NCBI GenBank assembly: GCA_964016885.1
Contig: OZ024740.1
Span: 243,784,001 to 243,848,000, forward strand
Direction: 5' to 3'
DNA: 64,000 nt
Source of the DNA: Eledone cirrhosa
Lineage: Eukaryota
Shown: piece by piece, positions 29,109-43,552 of the stretch
How positions within the stretch are numbered: the stretch's first letter is position 1
How the letters are laid out: each line of letters begins with the position of its first letter
The notes under the pieces: generated by a model
Seen by the model: the letters and a program-made list of their open reading frames with translations, nothing else
Database searches by the model: none
Told to the model about the DNA's origin: nothing
Translations under genes and position numbers: made by a program

Positions 29109-30025
29109 AGTACCAGACCACCCATGACACGTTGGGTCACGTTCACTTTAAAATATAAAAAAAAAAATCATGTTCACTTAAAAATAATTTTTAAATAATT
29201 AAAATATACAGACATGTATATAATGTGAAATGAAACTGGAAGACCCATATATACACGTGTGTATGTACACATGTATATATATACATCTGTGTGTCTGTGA
29301 TCTATATACACTGGTCATAGACACACATATATATATACACACGCACAAACTCATATATATATATATATATATATACAACAACACCAACTCTCTCTCTTCC
29401 ATTCTCCATCTCCTCTCCTTCTCTCTATGCCTCTCTTTCAATCAACTCTCTCACAACCACTATCTCTTTCTCTTTCTCTCTGTTTATGAAGGTACCCGGA
29501 AAAAACCCATATCTCGGGAACCCATGCTTCGATTTACATGAAACTTGTTTTATTCCATTTGTATTCCCATTTCAGGGTCAACCTCCTTTCAAAGTATTTT
29601 CCCATTATGCGCCCTTTTGGCTGTATGACATTACAGACAAGCAAGCAAGCAATCACAGACTTTTAGTAATATATAGATAGATAAATAGATAAATAACTGA
29701 GTATTCCACAAACGTGCACTTTTAACATAATTTCGAAGTTAAATCAGTGTTATACAATATGTGACCAGACTGGATCTTTGAATTTCAGGTACAATACATA
29801 AGATCGGCTATCAGCCATGACCATCTCATCTTTTATTCAGGCTTAGTGTATTTGGAACTACAGTTTTCGCTGTTTTGTTTCAACGCCTTAGTTTCGCCAT
29901 CACTCGCAATGATGCTGCTTGCCTCAAATATTTCCAATGGCCTTTGTAGTGTGTGACCGATTGACGCACTTAGTGTTGAATTGATGGGTTTTTTTTTAGG
30001 TTTTTTTCTCTCGTTTTTATTATAT

Positions 30026-30218
30026 CAGACCTGTCAACTTTCCCCGTCCGATGGGAAGATTTCCCACCCACTTTGGGGTGGATGAGAGATGTCTTCTCTT
30101 GTGAAAATGGGTATAACTTTCATTATATAAAATCTCCCCATTTTGCTTCATTTCTTCCCGTTTTGGGGCACTTTTTTTCATGGTACTCCGTTTGAGGTTT
30201 TAGAGGTTGGCAGGTCTG
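30026..30218. mobile_element. MITE with short TIRs
   Basis: CAGACCTGTCAAC ... GTTGGCAGGTCTG; TSD not convincing. Confidence 0.6.
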
Positions 30219-31069
30219 TTGTATAATAATAATTGTTTCTACTTGTACTTTATTTTATCGACCCCGTAAGGATGAAAGGCAAAGTTAATCTCGGCGGGAT
30301 TTGAACTCAATAATAATGAAATTATTGTGTACAGCGCACATATTTTTGTGTATTGTGTTTATAAGGTGCCTAGCAATAATTAATTGATAACATGTATGCA
30401 CTTCTATCCAATTTTATGATAATAAACTCAAGAGAGATTTTTTTTTATTTTAAAAAGGCCAGTGTAATTTCAGAACCAATCGGCTGTTATTTCTAGCAGG
30501 CCAAATGACCATGTAGTGGTCCTCACTTAAAGTTTTTAGTTATGACATTGATGGGAAATAAAAAAAAACCCTATACTGCAAAAGAAAAAAAAATGTGTAC
30601 AACAATAAACAAGAAGGTATTAAACGAGTGTTACAGGTACCAGAACAATGTGTTCAGCTTGAAACTGAAGATTGAAACTAGATTTATCGCTTTTCTCGGT
30701 CAATTATGCAATTATGTATTAAAATGATCGAAAAATCATTTAAAAAGTATTGAAAGAAATACAAACTTAGAGTGATGGCTTTCGTCGCTTGATATGTCTA
30801 TGGCCTGCTTTCGGGAGATGTAACTTTTTAAGATACAATACTTAAACTATAAAATAAACAATGAAAAGGAAAATAATGAAAAATATAATAAATTAAGACA
30901 ACGATGTAAATTCATGTAGGTCTGGGAATATACTGAAGAAACAAGATTCTTTGGTTTCGCTTTAAGTCGTTTCACTTGACGTCTCACTATGTGTCTGTGT
31001 ATGTATGGATGTTTGAATGTATGTATGTATGTCATGTATGTATGTTTGAATGTATGTATGTCATGTATG

Positions 31070-33240
31070 TCATTAGGTTAGGTCTTTCCATGACATGAAG
31101 GCTTGGGTTAAATTCAGAGGTAACATGTCGAAACCTATCCAAGTGAAAAATGGAGTGAAACAGGGGGATATTCCAGCACTGACCCTGTTTGCCATATACT
31201 TGGTTTTCTATATTGCATTCAGGAATTGCAAGCATGGTGTTTACATCTACTATCGAACCTCTGGCAGCATATTTAACATCAGGCGCTTTGCCGCAAAAAC
31301 AAAGGTATTTACATAAATCACAAGAGACCTTTTGTATGCAGATGATTGCGATCTTGTAGCGCACACAGAGACTGATATGCAGCACATTTTGAATGCATTT
31401 TCTGATGCTTGCACAGTCTCAAGAAAACCGTCATGTACCAACCTGTCCCTGGTAAGCAGTACAGTGAACCAAATATTTATGTGTATGGTAAACGACTTGG
31501 AGTTGTAGCAGGAGTTGCCTCCCTTGTTGTGACACTCACATCCCCAATAGATTAACGCCCTCTAGACAGGAAGTAGAACCCTTTCTGTAACTTCCGGTCA
31601 GAACCCTATAAAACTAACAACGTTAAGCTCCCTATATCTCATTTGCCCTTCCGGCGCCTGGCCTTCGCCAGGCGTCTTCTGCCAGCCACGTTCACCTGGC
31701 AACCAAACGGTAACTAATAACTTTGTTTCATTCTTTCATCTATTCATTGACATGTCAACTATACTGTTCTATATATATCCACAAATTGTTAATTAAATAT
31801 TATACACACAAACCAATCGTCTTTGTTACATTCATACACACTAGTAAATTGTTATAAGTGGTGACCCCGAAAAAAGAAAAAAATGGCAGAATCTGGTGTT
31901 GTGTGAGTAACATTACGAATACACAGCAAAATTTTATTGACAAACTATGAAAATACGCAACCAAGAAACGAACACACCACGCACATGTGAAATTCGCGTT
32001 CAGACAGACTTTTTCTCTCACGCATCAACTAACTGTCGCATTTCACGATATATATATATATGTTTCTTACAACGAACACTTTAAAAACAAAAACAAAAAA
32101 AAAGAAATTTGATTTTTGTTTGTTTTTAAAGTGTTCGTTGTAAGAAACGAGAAACATATATATATCGTGAAATGCGACAGTTAGTTGATGCGTGAGAGAA
32201 AAAGTCTGTCTGAACGCGAATTTCACATGTGTGTGGTGTGTTCGTTTCTTGGTTGCGTATTTTCATAGTTTGTCAATAAAATGTTGCTGTGTATTCGTAA
32301 TGTTACTCACACAACAGAGTGGTTGATCAGTTTGTCTACCTGGGAAGCACTGTCAATCGATACAGCAATCTTGATAATAAAATTCCACTCAGGATTAGGA
32401 AAGCAAGTGATGCTTTTGGAAAGCTAGAAAGGCGCCTCTGGGGTCGGCGATACATAGGCAAGAAGACAAAGGTAAAGGTCTACAAGGCATGTGTGCTTTC
32501 TTCTCTTCTTTATGTCTGCGAGACCTGGGTCACATATCGACACCACCTTAAGCAATTGGAGCGTTTCCATCAGATGTGTCTCAGACGGATCCATGGCGTT
32601 CACTGGAGAGTCACATCAGTGATGTCGAGATTTTGGAAAGCTCTCTGTGTGAAAATATAGAAGTTCTTGTGCGTAAGCAAAGACTCCGATAGAGTGGTCA
32701 CCTTGCCAGAATGAAGGATTCTAGAATACCGAAGCAATTCTTTTATGGAGAGTTAGTTAAAGGAAAACGACCTCCACATAAACCAAAAAAAGGGGTATAA
32801 GGATTCGTTGAACGCCTCTTTGAAAGACGCTCACATCTCTGCTGATACGTAGGAAAGCGTAGCTGCTGATCATAATAAATGGAGAAAGACTGTACACGAG
32901 GAGAAAGCTGCTTTTGAAGCATCGCGAATCGCATACGAGAAAGTAAAAAGGGATGTGAGGAAAGGCATTGATGTTGCATTTCCAGACAGTGAAGGTCCTC
33001 ATATGGCGCTGACTTGCAGCGTTTGTGCAAGACTCTGCCTCAACAAAGCTGGACTCGAAAGTCATCTTCGCAGTCATAAAGTGAGACCAATGGTTGACTA
33101 CCATACTGCTGTCGGAGATGCTGCTCATCATGCTTGTCAAGCGTGTGGAAAAGAGTATAGATCAGTAGGAGGGCTCAATGACATACAAAAGTACATGACG
33201 ACCAACCACAGCCGGCTATTGCCAAGACAGATGAATATTT
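31070..33240 (+). mobile_element. RTE (BovB-like) LINE 3' half, interrupted at 31504-32316
   Basis: VKNGVKQGDIPALTLF, LLYADD, GKRLGV|[30 protein letters not shown]2H2-like CSVCARLC..GLESHLRSH. Confidence 0.88.
31504..32316 (+). mobile_element. Composite insertion: Gypsy-like LTR, tRNA-Trp PBS and a TGT..ACA fold-back element
   Basis: TG...CA ends; GAGT 4-bp TSD; PBS TGGTGACCCCGA at 31859-31870; inverted repeat 31897-32095 / ~32112-32316. Confidence 0.75.
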
Positions 33241-33659
33241 ATAATAGATTCTCCTGCCAGATGAATTTGCTCGTAAAGTGTTTCCTGGGATTCTTTCATT
33301 AGACATCCTAACCACATTTCCGTAATATGGGAGGAGTAGCGGCTCTACCTGGAGTAAATCCCTGAACTCCAAGCTACGCACCCTGTTAATTTACGTTACC
33401 CCAAGAACCATTCGAATGAACCCCATTTCGGTCGTTTGCATTCGCGTTTGATACTTAAACTTCTCTATATGCTCCAGTGCGCAGGCCTTCTTGGGGTTAA
33501 GAAAAATTACTGTGTATCATCAACGTGTATTGACTTCTCTTCTTTATTTATGTGAAACATGGGAATTTTTCAGATATCGTGTATAGATTCTTGATTGCTT
33601 AAGGCATACATCGAATGTCAGTTTGTTATCTTGGGTTCCAGACACATTTTGAGGGGAAT

Positions 33660-35035
33660 CCTCCTCCTCATCATCATCATCATCACCATCAGCATCATTC
33701 TTCCACGCTAGCATGGGTTAGACGCGTTTGTCCTATTTGAGGCATGTTTGGTCGGGTGACCGTGTCTCGCTTCTATAGGACTGTTTCTGGCTCATTTTCT
33801 ACGGCTGGATGCCCTTCTGAACGTCAATCACATTTACAGTGTGTGCTAGGTGCATTTTGCTGTGTCTCCTACACGACCACTTTACAGTGTGGGCAGGGTG
33901 CTTTTTGTTGTGACACCTACACGACCACTTTAAGTGTAGGCTGGATGTTTTGTGGTACCAACATAACTTTACAGAGTAAGGGTGGTGTGGACAGAAGTGG
34001 GAGGGAGATGTGGGGTGTGTAGGGTGTGAGGGTGTAGGATGTATATCGGATTAAGAGGTGCCTACACGGCGGGTCTTCTGTATTACTGCATAGCTCCTCC
34101 AAAGATCTCGATCCTGTGTCATTGTCATAGAGAGGTTCAAGTGTGCAAGATCAGTTTTTATCACCTCATCCCAAGTCTTTCTGGGTTTATCTACTCCGTA
34201 GCTTCCATCAATTTAGATCACCCTGCACATTTTTATACAGCTGTCGTCCTTCATACACATCACATGACCATACCTACGCAATCTCTTCTCTAGTAAACTG
34301 CATCTGATCCCTCTTATGCCGAATTTATCACTTACTTCGTTTATGCTTTGCTGTTTGTGTATTACACATCCATCGGAGCATGCATGCTTCGTTTCTGTCC
34401 AGTCTGCGCAGGTCCTCTGCACACAATGCCCAGGTCTCACTGCCATGTAACATTGCTGTTCGTATACAAGCATCATATAATCTGCCTTTCATTTTTAGAG
34501 AAAAACATTTTGTTGCCAACAGCGGTATTAGCTCTCTAAACTTTTTCCATCCCATTCTTACTCTCGCTACTGTACTTTCAGATCACCCTCCACCACTGCT
34601 GATTTTGTTGCCCGGGTAACTAAAAGTGCCTACTCTTTCTATAGCATTATCTGGGCAGTAGAAGGAGCTAGTATCTAGTGGACACTTGCTACTTACTGAA
34701 CCTGATCATCGGTCACATATAAAACCTACATTCTTTGATGGCTTACCTGTGATCCCATTACATCTTTTATGTACCCATAGCTTGCATTTGGGACATAGGA
34801 TGTAATTTCTACTTACTCCCTTCTTACACACTGAGCATGGCCATTTCCCAGAGGGAACCTGTGCCCTATTCTCCTTTCTACATACTAGAACTTTAGTCTT
34901 AGACAAGTTAACTTTAAGGCCTTTTGATTCTAGGCCATGCTTCCATGTTTGGAATTTCTTCTCTAGTTCAGCCATGGATTCAACTATGAGAATTAGATCA
35001 TCTGCATATAGAAGTTCCCATGGCAATGGCATACA
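33660..35035 (-). mobile_element. SINE tail plus RTE LINE fragment (same family as 5868-7260)
   Basis: PWELLYADDL, GKWPCSVC..WVHKRC, GWKKFREL, MLHGSETWA, LRRYGHVM. Confidence 0.88.
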
Positions 35036-35459
35036 AGCACCATTTATATTGGAGCAGGTATGTTGTATGAAAGAATGTTCAGAGGAACCTGAAGCAGATG
35101 TATGCTGTGTAGCCTAAGCCTTCCCATCACAAACTAAGGTTGCAGTTTAAGGACTGTGTAAAGTTTTCTTTGAAAGCATTTGAAACATGAGGACAAATTG
35201 AAAGAAAGAAATTTTTCATGACCCCACTTTCGAAAAAAGTATGCATCTCTCATGCAGAATTGAAGTGAGCTACACAGAAACACAATTTGTGAAGCGGATG
35301 GAGTAAAGTCAGACGGTGGTATCTCTAATCATATATGTCTTTTCAAGGTTGGCCTGATAAGTCACCAATAACGCCAGTTTGTTTCATTCCTGCCATGTAG
35401 GACACGGAGATTTTCCGACTTGTTCAATTGTACCATGTCGTCTGCAAATTCCAGCCGAC

Positions 35460-36260
35460 TGATCATACTCCCTGCTGGCCTTAATACCTCCTCCGGCCAG
35501 TGGGATAGACGCAGAAAGGTTGCGTATTCCGAGACCCCAAGGATGGTCCAGATGGGATTAAACTTTAACAGTTAACAACTAGAACGTTACAACCTTTACA
35601 GGGAAGGAGCAGGAACTAGAGGAGGAGGCCAGATGTTACCGGTTAAATATAGTCGATGTTTCATCAACAAAGTGCCGTGGCTCCAGTATCGTAGATGATG
35701 AAAGTTTATGCATTAAACAGAGTCCTAAGACATATCGTTCCTTGATGAAGACACTGCAACGTTAGATGTAGTTAAAGCTGACTTAAATACCCATGTTGGT
35801 ACTGATCACCTGACATGGAAAGGAGTGATTGGAAGGAACGGCGATCTTGATCTAAATGCGAACGAATAAGCCTTATTAGACTTCTGTTTTAGTAATGGAC
35901 TCTGTATTATGAGCACCTTCTATCAGCACAAAGATATCCATAAATATACATAGTATAAAGGGAATTAGGGACAGAGATCAGTAAGGGATTTTTGTATTGA
36001 CTTTGATCTCTTCGATTCTGTACTGGATTCGTGTTAAGAAAGGGACTGAGAGTTGTCAACTGATCACTATCTAGTTATTTGCAGCTTGAAACTACCTAAA
36101 GTCAAGAAAACTCACAAAACTGGCAAGTCCAGTTCGAACTGTAGGATAAAGTGGAAAGTACAGGTTAATGCGAAGGTCAAGACCAGACATGCGGATACTA
36201 TTGTATCCAAATTTAGAGAACTCCGAACAAAATGAGGACATTAACATGGAGAGAAGACTG
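35460..36260 (+). mobile_element. RTE LINE 5' region / APE endonuclease remnant
   Basis: NVTTLTGKEQEL, DLNTHVG..WKGVIGRNG, LLDFC..NGLCIMSTFYQHKDIHKYT, LSTDHYLV. Confidence 0.75.
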
Positions 36261-37057
36261 CTCAGTTTGGAAGAGTTCACAGCTCTAATATCACTCCTTC
36301 AGAGTCAGTCTAAGAACTTTTCAGCCGACTGTCGTATAAAGTCTTGATAACTGTGTTTTATTTGTTAAATAAAGAAGTAAGTAATCATTAACATTTTTTT
36401 GCGGATGAAATGATATCTATTTATTTGCTAAAATCCTTCCCTCCTTAATTTTTAACACTAAACGTCTAACAACTGTTAATTTGTTCCAGAGACGCTTGAT
36501 GGTAAGAAGAAGGAGGTGGAGGGGGAGGATTTGAACTCAAGGTGTAGAGAGCCAGAACGAATATCACGATGCATTCATTCTATCGGATATTCCATTATAT
36601 AGCACTTTATGTATTGTTCCATGTACAACACAATGTGTATTTTTATATATTTCTTATATATTTTTCATATATTTTTATATATCTTTTATATATATTTTTT
36701 ATGTATGTTTTGGGTATACCCTTTACATTATTCCTATGAGCTTCCCATATGTAATTTTGTTTAAGATTTCTATACGTGGAGTAATCCACGTTAGCACCAT
36801 AATGCCAACTCTGTCAACATGTGCATCAAAGTGTATCTGTATATACGTATACACCGTTATGTGAGATGCTGCATGCGTTCACTGACGTATCCCCCTTATA
36901 TACTTTTTTTGTACTTTGCACGTATTTCCCCACCTAATATTTCGATGTACAGCATCATGTGCATGCTTGCATGCACCTTCCTAATATTTTTTATACAGTT
37001 TATTTTCATATATGTGCGTACGTGTGTGTGTATGTCTGTCTGGGTGTGAGTGCATAA

Positions 37058-37119
<62 letters not shown>

Positions 37120-37356
37120 ATAAGTACACGCACGTAAGTATGTGCGCGTGTGTGTGTGCGTGTGCATGCACGGACACACACACATATATATATATATATG
37201 TATATGTGTGTGTATGTATGCAGGTATACGTGTGTGTATATATATGTGTGTGTGTGTGTGTAAGACCAGGCTTAAATGAATGCATATGTAAGCACGTGTG
37301 TGTATGTATGTACACATGTGTAAGAAAAAAAAATATATATGCGTCTGTATGTAGAT

Positions 37357-37390
<34 letters not shown>

Positions 37391-37804
37391 ACCACCACAT
37401 ATTTACACATTCAGCCTCCGGAATCCTCTCCCCCCACCCCTCTATCCACACACGCACACACACTCCGACCTACACCCCACCCCACACACACCTCTTCCTG
37501 AACATGCAACCTCGTTCTTCCCCCAACCCTTGCTTTCACATACACACACACACACGTACACCTACACACACGCACCACCTTCAGCCCTCCCCGCTCGGAC
37601 ACCCCGTCTCCCTCTCCCCACTCCACCCGCCACCACCCCTACACGCCCCACACCCTTCCACCACCCGTTTTACCCCATTTTAATTTTATTTTGATCATGC
37701 CTTTATTTTTAATTTCATTTGCACCGTTTCCTCTCACCCCCCTTTTGCTATATGTCTCTCCACCACTCCCCTACACACCCTTTGAACTCTCTTCCCACAC
37801 ACTT

Positions 37805-37840
37805 TTCACCTGAAGAAGGGCTTATTCCCGAAACGTCGTT
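37805..37840 (+). ncRNA. Minimal hammerhead motif (family E), stem I eroded
   Basis: CUGAAGA-A-GGG cuuauu CCC-GAAA-CG-UC; follows a C-rich PLE-like 3' region, with AATAAA downstream. Confidence 0.62.
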
Positions 37841-37929
37841 CCCCACCACCACTCCACTCTCAAGAGCGTGAAATTAATAAACCTTTGTTCGTACTGCCTC
37901 TGTTTTGTTCCTGTTCAATTTTTCACTAC

Positions 37930-37961
<32 letters not shown>

Positions 37962-38511
37962 ATATATATATATGTATGTATATATATATGTATGTATGTG
38001 TGACTGTGTATGAATAGATATATGTATATACGTGGGTCCCTTATGTGTACGTGTGGGCATATGTTTGCGTATGAATGTACCTATATATGAGTGGTGAATA
38101 TACTGTATATATGTATGTACATGTGTGAACGCAAGCACGCAAGCTCTGTGTGTGTGTGTGTGTGTGTGTTGGTCCACACAGATAAGGGTACGATTAATGG
38201 CTCCGGATACCTATATATGGGTGTGAGCACATGTGGGTGTATATGTATGGGGAGGCAGGCAAGCAAGGGATTGGCACGGGAATTCATAAAATCTCTACTA
38301 CACACAGCAGTAATTTTGCGGATGGGATTGGGGTGAGTGACAGCTCACGCCTGAGTGGAGATGGCCAGTGGGCAGATTTCAGTGGTCAAGCACCTGATGG
38401 CGTCACGAACTATCAACCAATCTAATTGCCTCGCCAACGGGGTGAAGGCAGATGATAAACATTCGAAGGGTCAGAGCCCAGCAGAAAGAGAATTTGCTTC
38501 GAAATCACTAG

Positions 38512-38604
38512 ACGTATCTGAGGAACTTGCGAATCCAGAGTCAGGTTCAATCCACAAACAGAACGCACCTCGAGCTGTTCACCGGAGAAACTATTGTAAT
38601 ACGT
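38512..38604 (+). ncRNA. Hammerhead-like motif with a 62-nt domain at stem II (F1)
   Basis: ACGUAU-CUGAGGA-[62 nt]-GAAA-CUAUUG-UA-AUACGU; homologous to 57274-57371. Confidence 0.68.
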
Positions 38605-38645
38605 AATAAATTGTGTTCCGATGCATCACTGATTCTTCGTTTTCC

Positions 38646-38689
<44 letters not shown>

Positions 38690-38699
38690 AACACACAAT

Positions 38700-38749
<50 letters not shown>

Positions 38750-39829
38750 GGGGGGGGTGTTCGAATAGTTTGTTTACTTGAATGCATTCTCGGAATTCAG
38801 AGAACTTGATATTAATGACGCTTTTTGTATAGAGTTCCGCGTACGTCATCAACGGTATTCATAGTAGCAAACGATAAGACAAAGCAAAGTAATTAGAATA
38901 GAATAGAACAAATGAAATATATTAGACACATTTGTATGCTATTAGTACTGGCAGGGAACTCATTTCTAGAAACAAAATAATTCCATAAAACAAAACAAAA
39001 ACAGATTAAAGATTTCCTGAACTCAACAACACTGCATTCACCAACATAGACACAGTAGTAGTATGTATATTCAATAAAATAAGTATAGCGGCATCTAAAA
39101 AAAAACACACATCCCACAAGACAAGATAAAAATAGTACAAACAGAATTGCATACCAACTTATATCAGAAGCTTTAGGTATGCATTAGAATCTGCACCAGC
39201 CACTGAATACAAGCTAGTTTTTGATAAAGAAGAACCCACCTCCAGTCCACACTCTACTTCAACGCTCCACTCATTCCCCCCTCTATTCACACTATAAACC
39301 TCCACTCACACTCCTCTCCAACCTCCACTCACACACCTCTCCAACCTCCACTCACATACCACTCACCCTCCACTCCAAACCCCCAATCGCACTCTGTCAC
39401 CAGGGCTGGACTTTCACTTGCTCAGGCTCTAAGCTATATGAAAATTCTCTAAAAAAATTCGAGTAAGTTAAAAAAAAAAAATCATATATGATTATACGGG
39501 GTCGATAAAATAAAGTACCAGTAATACACTGATAATTGCTGGCCTTGTGCCTAAAGTAGAAACAATTATTATTATTGTATATTAATGTTAAGGATAAATA
39601 ATAAATCATATATATATATAAATATACATATACATATATATATATACATACCCCCCACATATATATATATATACATATACATACCCCCACACACACATAT
39701 ATATATATTATATAATAAACAACTATAATTATTCCATGGAATAATTATATTGTGTTGTTTATTACATAATTAAATAGCTCTGTATTATACATAGAGCACT
39801 TTTTTCCTTTACATTATCCACGGAATTAT

Positions 39830-40700
39830 TTGAACGTAAATTACTGCGGGTGTGTTATACTGTTGTTGAAGGGGACAAGCTTCAGGCCTTCGACAAGAGT
39901 ATCCTGGTGGGGTGCTGCTCTTGGGATGCTTTTGCCGAAGGCCTGAAGCTTTCCCCTTTAACAACAATGTAACACACCCGCTGTAATTTACGAAGCTGTG
40001 GTCACTTCTAACCGACCAAATCAACAACAAGAGGCTAAATCCTACGTAGGTATGGCGGAGGGCGAGTTTAAGGAACGCTTCCTGAAGCATCAGTCGACCT
40101 TCAGATACCCGAACAAACGATCATCCACGAAACTCGCAAGCCACGTATGGTCCCTCAAGGACACAGGCGTAGATTACTCCATCCAATGGAAAGTTATTAC
40201 TAAGTCTAAGCCATACGGATATGAGAATCCGTCTTGTAGGCTGTGCATTGAAGAAAGAGTCAATATCCTGAGAAGGATACGTAATAGCGCTTGTCTAAAT
40301 TGAAGGAATGAACATGTTTCGCGTTGTCCATACGCCTGGAAACACCTGTTACGTAATTACAAAGCTCCAAATTGACTTACATGAACAATCTATAATATTC
40401 TGAACAGAATAACACGAGTAATATATAATTATTCCGGGCATCCAGAGTTATCTCCATAACATCGATCGATCGTGGGGTTATCTCCCCTTTGGGAAGTGAC
40501 TGTTTCTGCACATGCGTATTCGTAGAGCTGTTTTTCCTTTTCCGTACAACCTCATTTAAACCGAGCTGATGATCCGAATAAGGTGAAACAATTGTTCTCG
40601 GTAACGGTGAACTAACTGTTGTGGAACTACTTTTACCAAACTCGTCCCACGGACTGAGTGCTCTACTACTATAGATATAACCCACCAGTATTCTACTATT
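39830..40700 (+). mobile_element. 5'-truncated Naiad-type PLE (GIY-YIG plus 3' region) with a short 5' fold-back
   Basis: VIYEAVV..SYVGMAEGEFKERFLKHQSTF..STKLASHVWSLKD..CRLCIEE; 39833-39904 is an inverted copy of 39924-39992. Confidence 0.87.
40560..40602 (+). ncRNA. Type I minimal hammerhead ribozyme (G1)
   Basis: ACCGAG-CUGAUGA-U CC gaauaa GG U-GAAA-CAAUUG-UU-CUCGGU; perfect 6-bp stem I. Confidence 0.85.
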
Positions 40701-40962
40701 ATATATATATATATATAGGATCGATCGACTTTCGTCAAATCGGACCGAGGAAACAATGTTTCCGCTGGTCTTTCCAATTGCTAATACTATCTATCGGACG
40801 CAACTCCAGGTAGAAGGAGCAACATGAAATAAAGTGTCTTGCTCAAGGACATAACGCATCGCCCGGTCCAGGAATTGAACTCACAACCTCAAGATTGTGA
40901 ATCCAATTATCTAACCACTCAGCCACACGCCTTCACAAATATATATATATTAACCTGATTAG

Positions 40963-41155
<193 letters not shown>

Positions 41156-42786
41156 CCTGATTAGTTTTTTCGTTGTTTTTAGTATTGTGTGGCTAGGTCT
41201 GCCTGCCGCAATTTTCAATTTGTTAAGCTATCTAAACGTATGTTATTACTCTAAGGGCCAACCTTATTGAGTGCTTTACTGCTCATTCCTAATTGTAGGG
41301 CGTTACCTTGGCCACAGCCAAAGCTTCGATTTTACTAAGCTTCCACTTATATATATATATATATTTAAAATAATAATAATAATTGTTTCTACTTTTTGGC
41401 ACAAGGCCAGCAATTATCCAGTGTATTACTGGTACTTTATTTTATCAACCCCGTAAGGATGAAAGCAAAGTTAACCTCGGCTGGATTTGAACTCAGTCCG
41501 TAAAGGGACGTAACTGTGCTGGAAAGCATGGCGTCCGACCCTCTACCGATACTGCCAATCCACCGCCCTTAAAATAATAATAATAATTGTTTCTACTTTT
41601 GGCACAAGGCAAGCAATTATCCAGTGTATTACTGGTACTTTATTTTATCGACCCCGTATGGATGAAAGGCAAAGTTAACCTCGGCGGGATTTGAAATCAG
41701 ATCATAAAGGGACATAACTATGCTAGAAAGCATGTTCGACCCTCTACCGATACTGCCAAAATAATGATTGACATATATACATACATATATATCGAATGAC
41801 ATACTTGCTTAAAATAACATATCAAACTTTAGCAGGAGATTATATGTAGAGAATGTAAAAAACACATAGCCCCGTCACGTAACATTAAAATTTAACAAGA
41901 GTATTTCAAATATAGATAACTGACAAAAATTAGTTATTGTTTGTGCTTTGTATTGTTTGTACAGATAGATTGATTTCCTTCGCTGACGATCTTTGACTAT
42001 TGAACTGCACTAAATATTAGTGAAACATATTTCAAAAGTAATTGAGTCATATGTACGAAGGAATATAAATAATTTTTGCCAGGTATCTATATTTGAATAT
42101 TTTGTTAAATTTTAATATGTTCCTTACGGAGCTATGTGTTTTACATTCTCTACAGATATTCGATATATATGTATATATATATATATACTGTATGTCAATC
42201 AATATTTTATAATAAATGCTTGGATTTATTCCTTGGAATCTTTCTTTAAGCTGTTGATAGGGCGTATGTTTGAGATTTTCTCAAACATGACATCTATATT
42301 TTTGAATGTGACACACACACACACACACATATATATATAGGAAAAGAGTCAGGACCCCGATGGCTGAGCTCCGGCCGTTTCAACAGCTAGATCAGTTAGG
42401 ATCTAGCTTTTCCTATTACCCGCTCTACTACCCTAAGTATCGAGTACTCAGGTGTGTTATGGTCCACCTGGTATCTTACCACATCTTCTTTGTTATATAT
42501 ATTTATATATAGACGTATGTGTGTGTATGTATATATTTGCGCAAACATACACCACGAACACATTTATTTATACGTGTGTTTACTGACATAAGAAAATGTA
42601 CTCAATACCTAATGTAAAGGTATTTTTATTTGGAATCGGTTCATGCCTATCACCTGCTATCGGTGTTTTGTGCCACGTGTGTTGGTTTAGGCAATTATGA
42701 ATGAACATGTTGAGCGAAACTGTGAGTAGCAATGAACACGCATACACACGCACATGCGCACATGCACACACACACGCATCTATATG

Positions 42787-42864
<78 letters not shown>

Positions 42865-42995
42865 GGAGGTGAGTTTTATTGTAGTACAATAAAGCAATGC
42901 AGATATCGGATAAGAAGTTCTAAAACTACTTCTCATATGTTGATTTAAAACTGAACTATCCACAAGTGTTTTTTAACCTTCATATCATGTCCTCC

Positions 42996-43066
42996 TGTTT
43001 TATCTGATGAAAACACAAATATTATTGCATGATGATGTTTGTTTTTGAAATGCGCATAATAAAATA
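42996..43066 (+). ncRNA. Type I hammerhead ribozyme (family H)
   Basis: UGUUUUAU-CUGAUGA-AAAC ac AAAUAUU..GAUGUUU GUUUUU-GAAA-UGCGCA-UA-AUAAAAUA. Confidence 0.8.
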
Positions 43067-43096
43067 CATGGAACTCCTTTAACCATCTTTTGATCT

Positions 43097-43150
<54 letters not shown>

Positions 43151-43335
43151 ATATATATATATATATATGGGTGGCTTCTTACATAGATATTATATATATA
43201 TATACATATACATATATACATACTTACACACATATACTCAAACATACACACATATACACACGCAGAAAAACACACACACACATATATATATATATATACC
43301 TAAATATATATATATATGGGTGGCTTCTTACATAG

Positions 43336-43378
<43 letters not shown>

Positions 43379-43513
43379 GGTGGCTGCCAACTCGTTTTCG
43401 AGTACGGCCACTACTTTATATCGATGTAGGAGAAACCCTACCGATGCGCTGAACGAGACATATATACATACTTACACACATATACTCAAACATACACACA
43501 TATACACACGCAT

Positions 43514-43552
<39 letters not shown>

